Shown: positions 57,630 through 64,000 of the stretch, piece after piece
Position numbering within the stretch: position 1 is the stretch's first letter
How the letters are laid out: every line of letters starts with the position of its first letter
DNA from: an uncultured Pelagibacteraceae bacterium
GTDB lineage: Bacteria; Pseudomonadota; Alphaproteobacteria; Pelagibacterales; Pelagibacteraceae
DNA length: 64,000 nucleotides
Assembly: GCA_902620585.1 (NCBI GenBank)
Contig: CACNJC010000001.1
Span: 18,879 to 82,878 of the forward strand
Reading direction: 5' to 3'
Notes under the pieces: generated by a model
Told to the model about the DNA's origin: nothing
The model's input: only the letters and a program-made list of their open reading frames with translations
Database searches by the model: none
Position numbers and translations under genes: made by a program

Positions 57630-58715
57630 CTAACGTAATTTTAATGTCGCTAAACCTAATAAAGCCAAAATTATTGCAATTATCCAAAATCGAATAACAA
57701 TTGTTGATTCGGCCCACCCTTTTTGCTCAAAGTGATGATGAATTGGAGCCATTTTAAAAATTCTTTTTCCTGTAAGTTTATAAGAAATTACTTGAATAAT
57801 TACTGAAACAGTTTCAAGAACAAATAATCCTCCAATTATCGCAAGAACGATTTCATGTTTTACAATTATTGCTACAGCTGCAAGAGAACCACCTAAAGAT
57901 AATGAGCCCGTATCTCCCATAAAAATTTTAGCAGGTGGCGCGTTATACCAGAGAAAACCAAGACAAGATCCAACTATCGAACCACAAAATATCGAAATTT
58001 CTCCGACATCAGGAATATATTGTAACTGGAGATATTCTGAAAAGATAGTATTTCCAACTACGTAAGAAATTAATGTAAATGAAAGTGCAACAAGCATCAC
58101 TGGAACTGTAGCTAAACCATCTAATCCATCTGTCAAATTTACAGCATTTGATGAGCCAATAATTACAAACAATCCAAATGGAATAAAAAAAAGCCCCATA
58201 TGTAAAATTAAATTCTTAAAAAATGGAAAATAAAGATTAAAAAGATATTCGTGATCAGAAAACATTATTAAAATAAATAAAGCTATTGCACCTATAATTA
58301 ATTGGCCGAGAAATTTTAATTTTGAATTCAATCCCCTAGAATTTTTTAATCTGATTTTTAATAAATCATCAATTAAACCCAATAATCCTAAACTTAAAGA
58401 AACAAAAACTAGAGTCCAAATATAAATATTTTTTAAATCTGCCCACAACAAAGTGCTTGTTAGCATACCAATTATGATAATAATCCCCCCCATAGTTGGT
58501 GTGCCTGATTTTTTAATTATGTGATCTATGGGGCCATCTTGTCTTATTGGGCCTGAAATCATATTTTCAGAAAAAATTTTAATAAGAGGTCCTCCGATAA
58601 TAAAAACAACTACAAGAGATGTGATAACTGAAAGTCCGGTTCTAAATGTAAGATATTTAAATACATTAAGAAATGAATATTGATCAATAAATGATGTAAG
58701 TAAGTTAAATAACAT
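57630..58715 (-). CDS. mraY: Phospho-MurNAc-pentapeptide translocase
   Basis: KSGTPTMGG, NAVNLTDGLDGL, FMGDTGSL, MAPIHHHFE. Confidence 0.97.
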   Translation of the reverse strand: MLFNLLTSFIDQYSFLNVFKYLTFRTGLSVITSLVVVFIIGGPLIKIFSENMISGPIRQDGPIDHIIKKSGTPTMGGIIIIIGMLTSTLLWADLKNIYIWTLVFVSLSLGLLGLIDDLLKIRLKNSRGLNSKLKFLGQLIIGAIALFILIMFSDHEYLFNLYFPFFKNLILHMGLFFIPFGLFVIIGSSNAVNLTDGLDGLATVPVMLVALSFTLISYVVGNTIFSEYLQLQYIPDVGEISIFCGSIVGSCLGFLWYNAPPAKIFMGDTGSLSLGGSLAAVAIIVKHEIVLAIIGGLFVLETVSVIIQVISYKLTGKRIFKMAPIHHHFEQKGWAESTIVIRFWIIAIILALLGLATLKLR

Positions 58716-61478
58716 TTAATGTCCTTTTATCATTATCTTGCTTATAGTGTTTAGTCCTGTAGCGTTAGACCCTTTTATCATTAAATAGTCATGATTAGCG
58801 ATTATATTTTGCAAAATTAAATCAACATCTTCATGAGCTTGAAAAATATTCCCACGTTTGTTTTTTTTTAAATTTTTATAGGTAAAAAGGCACTTTTCTC
58901 CCTTAATAAAAACCTTATCAATATCTGAGTTGTTAATAAGTTGTGATAAATCCTTGTGATACATGTTTGTTTTTTTTCCAAGTTCAAGCATATCTCCTAA
59001 TAACAGATATTTTTTAAATTTATTTTTCTTTATTTTTGAAAAACTATTTAATGCATTTTTGACTGAAAATGGATTTGCGTTATAACTTTCATCAATAAGG
59101 GTAAATCTTTTTTTGTACCTTCTTATTTTATAAATTTTACCTCTGCCTTCAGAAGGTTGGACTCTTTTAAAAACTTGAGTAATTTTATTTAAATCTAAAT
59201 TTAATTCTTTAAGAATAGCTATGGAACCAAGAACATTGTAAATATTTATATTATTTACACTTAGCTTTATAATTTGATCTTTTGCAGATATCACAACTGT
59301 TTTTTGCTTACCTAAATATTTTGTTTTTACCAAATGAATATCTGATTTTTTTGATTTACCAAAAGTAATAACTTTAATATTTTTTAATTTTGCTTTTTTA
59401 TTCAAAAAAGAAAAAAACTTATCATCTCGATTTAAAAAAACTTTACCGTTCTTTTGAATGTTATTTAAAATTTCGCTTTTTGCTTTTGCTATTTCTTTTA
59501 CATTTTTAAAGTTTTCTATGTGCGCTTCACCAATATTTGTAATTAAAGCTAAATCGGGTTTAATAATTTTTGATAATTTATCAATCTCTCCAGCTTTACT
59601 CATGCCCACCTCAAATACTCCATATTTATCGTCTACGCTGAGATTTGATAAGCTAACTGGAACACCATAATGATTATTAAAAGACCTTGGAGAACAATAA
59701 GTTTTATCGTATTTATTTAATAAAAAACTTATAGTATTTTTAAGTGAAGTCTTTCCATTGCTACCTGTAATAGCTAAAATTATTGCATTACATCTTTCTC
59801 TTTTAAGTTTAGCAAAATTATTTAGAAAATTATTTGGATTATCAACTGTAATAATTTTGTTTGTATTTTTACTAATTTTTTTTGATGATATGACATATCT
59901 AGCTCCTTTTTTCATAGCTTTAGCGATAAATTTATTTCCATCATTTTTTTTCCCTTTTATAGCCAAAAACAAATTATCTTTTTTTATATCTCTTGAATCT
60001 ATTGCTAGCCCATTAAATTTATAGATCCTTTTATTTTTGAGAATCTTATTTATTATCTTTGAATTAAATGTGTAATTTTGTTTTTTTTTATCAAAATAAT
60101 TTTTGTTTAATTTTAGCTTTTTAATGATTTTTTTATCTGAAATAGCAATAGTCTTATCACCATAATCTTGGGTAGTTTCATGGCCCTTACCCGCAACTAA
60201 AACTGTTTCATTAGGCTCTGCGTTTAGTATTGCTTTTTTAATTGCTTGGTATCTATTTCCAATGTTAAAATGTTTACATGACTTAAGGTTTTTAATAATT
60301 TCTTTTCTAATCTTTTTTGGATTTTCTTTTCTTGGGTTGTCATCAGTTACATAAATCTTTTTGCAAAAAGATCTTGCAATTTTTGCCATGATTGGTCTTT
60401 TTTTAAAATCTCTCTCACCTCCGCAACCAAATACTAAAGAAATATCATTGTTATAAGTATCTTTTAATGATTTTAAAACTTCGTGTAAGGCATCTGGTGT
60501 ATGAGCATAATCGACAAATACTCTAGTATTGTTTGGATATTTTTTAATTAGATCTAATCTTCCATTTACATTTTTAATATTAATTAATGCTTTTTTAATT
60601 CTATCTTTGCTTATTTTACATACTTTGGCTGCTAAAATTGCCATTGATAAATTTTTTATTTGAAATGGTCCAATTAAAGGTAAAGAAATTTCATTTAGAT
60701 AATCCAATACTTCACTAATCTCTAGAAACTTTAAACTTCTTTTATTTGAGATTTTTTTTAAGATTGAATATTCTTTTAAATTTTTGTCGGAAATGATATG
60801 GCTATTTTTTCTTAATAATTTTGAAAATAAGATTAATTTTGCTCTTAAATATTCGCTCATTGTTTTGTGATAATCAAGATGATCCTGGCTAAAATTAGTG
60901 AAAATTCCTACTTTAAAATTTATGTTATCTAATCGTCCTTGTTTTAAACCATGGCTCGAGGCCTCTATTATAACATTATCAACTTTATTTTTTTTCAGTT
61001 TTTCAAGATTTTTGTGAATTGAAATAATGTCGGGAGAAGTTAAATTAGTTCTAATAGTCTGGCTTTTGGATTTAATGCCCAATGTTCCAATTGATGCTAC
61101 TGGAATATTATTACTTTTAAGTATTTGATAAAAAAAATCAGCCACCGAAGTTTTTCCATTTGTACCTGTGACTGCGATAATATTTTTAGGCTTATTCTTA
61201 TAAAATTTAGATGCAATTTTACTTAAATAAAACCTAACTTTTTTTGTTTTAATTAAATGAATCTTTGAACTTTGAATTTTAAATTTTTTTGAACATATAA
61301 TAAGGGTTGCTCCCTTTTTAATTGCGTGATTTATATAGTTCTCGCCATTAAATCTATTTCCTTTTAAAGCAAAGAAAATAAATCCTTTTTTTACATCTTT
61401 ACTATTTAAAGCCAAACCTTTTATGTTCAACTTTTTAATATTTTTAGGAACGTTTTCAATTAAGTTTTTTAGCAACAT
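58716..61478 (-). CDS. murE: Fused MurE-MurF ligase
   Basis: N-half: TGTNGKTS, EASSHG, DYAHTPD, DDNPR (meso-DAP specificity), AGKGHE. C-half: DSRDI, TGSNGKTS, SFNNHYG, DESYNANP, GDMLELG, KGSN. Confidence 0.93.
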   Translation of the reverse strand: MLLKNLIENVPKNIKKLNIKGLALNSKDVKKGFIFFALKGNRFNGENYINHAIKKGATLIICSKKFKIQSSKIHLIKTKKVRFYLSKIASKFYKNKPKNIIAVTGTNGKTSVADFFYQILKSNNIPVASIGTLGIKSKSQTIRTNLTSPDIISIHKNLEKLKKNKVDNVIIEASSHGLKQGRLDNINFKVGIFTNFSQDHLDYHKTMSEYLRAKLILFSKLLRKNSHIISDKNLKEYSILKKISNKRSLKFLEISEVLDYLNEISLPLIGPFQIKNLSMAILAAKVCKISKDRIKKALINIKNVNGRLDLIKKYPNNTRVFVDYAHTPDALHEVLKSLKDTYNNDISLVFGCGGERDFKKRPIMAKIARSFCKKIYVTDDNPRKENPKKIRKEIIKNLKSCKHFNIGNRYQAIKKAILNAEPNETVLVAGKGHETTQDYGDKTIAISDKKIIKKLKLNKNYFDKKKQNYTFNSKIINKILKNKRIYKFNGLAIDSRDIKKDNLFLAIKGKKNDGNKFIAKAMKKGARYVISSKKISKNTNKIITVDNPNNFLNNFAKLKRERCNAIILAITGSNGKTSLKNTISFLLNKYDKTYCSPRSFNNHYGVPVSLSNLSVDDKYGVFEVGMSKAGEIDKLSKIIKPDLALITNIGEAHIENFKNVKEIAKAKSEILNNIQKNGKVFLNRDDKFFSFLNKKAKLKNIKVITFGKSKKSDIHLVKTKYLGKQKTVVISAKDQIIKLSVNNINIYNVLGSIAILKELNLDLNKITQVFKRVQPSEGRGKIYKIRRYKKRFTLIDESYNANPFSVKNALNSFSKIKKNKFKKYLLLGDMLELGKKTNMYHKDLSQLINNSDIDKVFIKGEKCLFTYKNLKKNKRGNIFQAHEDVDLILQNIIANHDYLMIKGSNATGLNTISKIMIKGH

Positions 61479-63183
61479 GTTCGTTGTAAAACTCTTCGTT
61501 CTTTATGGCTAAAATTGGTCCAATTTTTTTTATAATTTTGCCTGCAGTATATACTGAATTCCAGCCCGCTTCATTTCTTGTTCCCTTAATCTTTATACCT
61601 TTGTAATCATAAATTAAATCAGTCGCAATTTGTGGATTTTCAAGCATAACAAGTAAAGTATATTTAGGTTCTTTTGAAGGAAATACTGAAATAAATGTAT
61701 TCAAGTTTTCGTTTTTATCTCCATATTTTTGGGAAGTTCCAGTCTTACCTCCAACATCATAACCGTAAATATTAGCAAACTTCGCTGTTCCCTCTTTTTC
61801 AGTTACTACTTTTCTCAAAATATTATTTATTTTTTTACTTGTTGAGGCTGAAATTATTTTTTGTTGATTTGGATATTCGTTTTGCTTGATAATTGTTGGT
61901 TTTATCATATATCCACCGTTTGCTAATGCAGCATAAGTAGCTGTAACTTGCAAAGGGGTCACCGCTATTCCATGGCCATAAGAAATGGTTTCCAATTTAC
62001 ATTTGTCCCATGAAAAACTTAATGGGGTTCCAACCTCCTCTAATTCAAACTCCGGTGTATTTAACAAATTTGTTTTTTTGATAAATGCTTTGTAATCTTT
62101 TTCACCAACTTTTTTTGCCAACATCAATGTACCCACATTTGAAGATCTTATTAATATATCTTCGACTGATAAATCATTAGGAAATTCTTTTATATCAGAT
62201 ATTTCGTGAACTGAACATTTAACCTTTTTAGGTATATTCTTAATAATAGTTTTTGGTGAGACCAAATTTTTTTCAAGCGCAATTGCAATTGTAAAAGTTT
62301 TAAAAATTGAACCAAGTTCATAAATGCCTTTTGTTATTTTATTAATATAATTTTCATCTGTGATACTTGCTCTTTTATTAATATTATAATTAGGTAAAGA
62401 AACTAGTGATAAAACCTCTCCATTTTTCACGTTCATTAGCAAAGCTGCTCCTCCAGTAGCTCTGAAAGTTTTTATTGCGCTATTTAACTCTTCATCTATT
62501 ATATGTTGTATATTTGTGTCTAAAGTTAATTGTAATGGTTTATCCATTAATTTTTTATTTTTTAGTTCTTTATCAAAATACTTTTCAACTCCAGAAATTC
62601 CGTAATTGTCATAGTCAACTTGACCTAAAATATGACTATATAAATTTGCGTGAGTGTATATTCTCGACTCAAAAGGTTCAAAGATAATTCCCTTCTCTCC
62701 CAAAGACCATAATTTTTCTTTATCTTTTTGATCCAAGCCTCTTTTAAGATAAAAATATTTTTGTTGGTTGAGATTTTTTGTTATTTTTTTAATTGATAAT
62801 TCTGGAAAATTTAATCTTATTTTTATTAAAAAATTTTCTTTATTATTAATTAAATTAGGTTTTACTGCAGCGTGAAAAGACTTTACATTCCTTGAGATTA
62901 AAACTCCATTCCTATCAACTACATCTCTTCTTAAAGTTGTAAAATTAGATGGATTATTATCTTGATTATAAACTTCAAATTTTTTTAAGGAAACAAATAT
63001 TATCTTGATTGAAAAAATCATAATTAGAGAAAAAAAAAGAAAAAAAAGAAGGTATACTCTATCTTGAGAAATGTTAGAATTTTTTATCTCTTTGTGCTTT
63101 TGATTTGTTTCCAGATAATCTTTAAAATAAAAACTTTTTTGATTTATGTCTAATTTTTTACTTTTTTTATTTTTTTTTCTCAT
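61456..63183 (-). CDS. ftsI: Penicillin-binding protein 3
   Basis: TM, RRDVVDRNG, GSIFK (SxxK), SSN, KTGT; directly upstream of murE. Confidence 0.92.
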   Translation of the reverse strand: MRKKNKKSKKLDINQKSFYFKDYLETNQKHKEIKNSNISQDRVYLLFFLFFSLIMIFSIKIIFVSLKKFEVYNQDNNPSNFTTLRRDVVDRNGVLISRNVKSFHAAVKPNLINNKENFLIKIRLNFPELSIKKITKNLNQQKYFYLKRGLDQKDKEKLWSLGEKGIIFEPFESRIYTHANLYSHILGQVDYDNYGISGVEKYFDKELKNKKLMDKPLQLTLDTNIQHIIDEELNSAIKTFRATGGAALLMNVKNGEVLSLVSLPNYNINKRASITDENYINKITKGIYELGSIFKTFTIAIALEKNLVSPKTIIKNIPKKVKCSVHEISDIKEFPNDLSVEDILIRSSNVGTLMLAKKVGEKDYKAFIKKTNLLNTPEFELEEVGTPLSFSWDKCKLETISYGHGIAVTPLQVTATYAALANGGYMIKPTIIKQNEYPNQQKIISASTSKKINNILRKVVTEKEGTAKFANIYGYDVGGKTGTSQKYGDKNENLNTFISVFPSKEPKYTLLVMLENPQIATDLIYDYKGIKIKGTRNEAGWNSVYTAGKIIKKIGPILAIKNEEFYNEHVAKKLN

Positions 63184-63496
63184 AATCTTTTTTAAGCACT
63201 GTAATTTTTCTTTTAGACTCAGTAAAATCTTTATAATTAAGATATATCTTTGAAAAATCCATTGGAAAATAATCGATGAGATCTAATTTTTTTATCTTAT
63301 TTGATATGTATCCCGGTGACGAGACATAAAAAAAATCTAATTGAGTTTCATGTAAATCCTTTTTTATAGATATAATTTTTTTATCAATTTTATAAATTTT
63401 TTTTTCAATAATTCTTGTTTGAGTTTTAAGAAAAGAAGTTAAACTAAATAAAATTGAAAATATTAAAATTGAAATAATTAATTTTACTCTAGGCAT
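63167..63496 (-). CDS. ftsL: Probable FtsL
   Basis: TM plus coiled coil ending in SSPGYI; position between rsmH and ftsI. Confidence 0.6.
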   Translation of the reverse strand: MPRVKLIISILIFSILFSLTSFLKTQTRIIEKKIYKIDKKIISIKKDLHETQLDFFYVSSPGYISNKIKKLDLIDYFPMDFSKIYLNYKDFTESKRKITVLKKDYEKKK

Positions 63497-64000
63497 GAGA
63501 GCTTTCTAAATCTAAGTATTCTTTAAATTTATCTAATAATTTACTTGGATAGATAAATTTGTTATTATTTCTTATTGCGTATCTGAGTTTGGCTGAACGG
63601 GATGGTAAATTCTTAGCAACTTCTTTAGTAGATGGTTTATAAATTTTATTTTTATATTTAGTAAATAAAGAAAAATTATTACTGTTGTTTTCTGGAAAGT
63701 ATCTTGATGGTTTGGCGTAATTTGACGAAAAATTACTAAAAAAATACTTAACAATTTTATCTTCAATAGAGTGAAAACTTACTACTAAAATTTTACCTCC
63801 AGGTTTTAGAATTTTTGTTGCATTAATGACACCTTTAATAAGTTCTGTAATTTCTTTATTAACAAATATTCTTAATGCTTGAAAAGTTTTTGTACTAGGA
63901 TTTATTTTTTTATTAAAATAGTTTTTTTTACTTTTTTTGATAATGCTAACTAGCTCATTCACATTTTTGATTTTTTTTACTGATCTAGCTTTAACTATGT
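63489..64000 (-). CDS. rsmH: 16S rRNA m4C1402 methyltransferase, C-terminal part (truncated by window)
   Basis: TKTFQALRIFVN, SFHSIEDKIVK, SRSAKLR; frame open to the window edge. Confidence 0.95.
   Translation of the reverse strand, partial: IVKARSVKKIKNVNELVSIIKKSKKNYFNKKINPSTKTFQALRIFVNKEITELIKGVINATKILKPGGKILVVSFHSIEDKIVKYFFSNFSSNYAKPSRYFPENNSNNFSLFTKYKNKIYKPSTKEVAKNLPSRSAKLRYAIRNNNKFIYPSKLLDKFKEYLDLESSHA

Overview
A very AT-rich, gene-dense alphaproteobacterial chromosome segment with tiny intergenic spacers. Gene content and RNA elements point to SAR11/Pelagibacter (inference). Most of it is core genome: the 3' end of ETF-QO, a soxBDAG sarcosine-oxidase-type operon, metY under a tandem SAM-II/SAM-V riboswitch, mreBCD-mrdA-rodA plus a bactofilin, leuA/ilvC/ilvH/ilvI, miaA, degP, hflKC, thyX, a permuted two-piece tmRNA, selO, fumC, uvrD, ligA, bamD, lpxC and the dcw cluster. 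The accessory or unusual parts cluster around thyX/ssrA. (i) A four-gene phosphonate biosynthesis cassette (methyltransferase, cytidylyltransferase-PepM, Ppd, aldehyde reductase) is translationally coupled behind thyX and lacks MpnS or any acceptor transferase. (ii) A ~1.2 kb integrase-less islet (Fe-SOD plus three small proteins, two missed by the ORF track) is bracketed by a 29/32-identical duplication of the tmRNA coding-piece 3' pseudoknot. Also seen: an in-frame TAA in ligA, ftsZ and recN missing from their usual positions, an FtsA-like protein with eroded ATPase motifs, and a MurE-MurF fusion. All calls come from reading the sequence and translations by eye; no searches were run.
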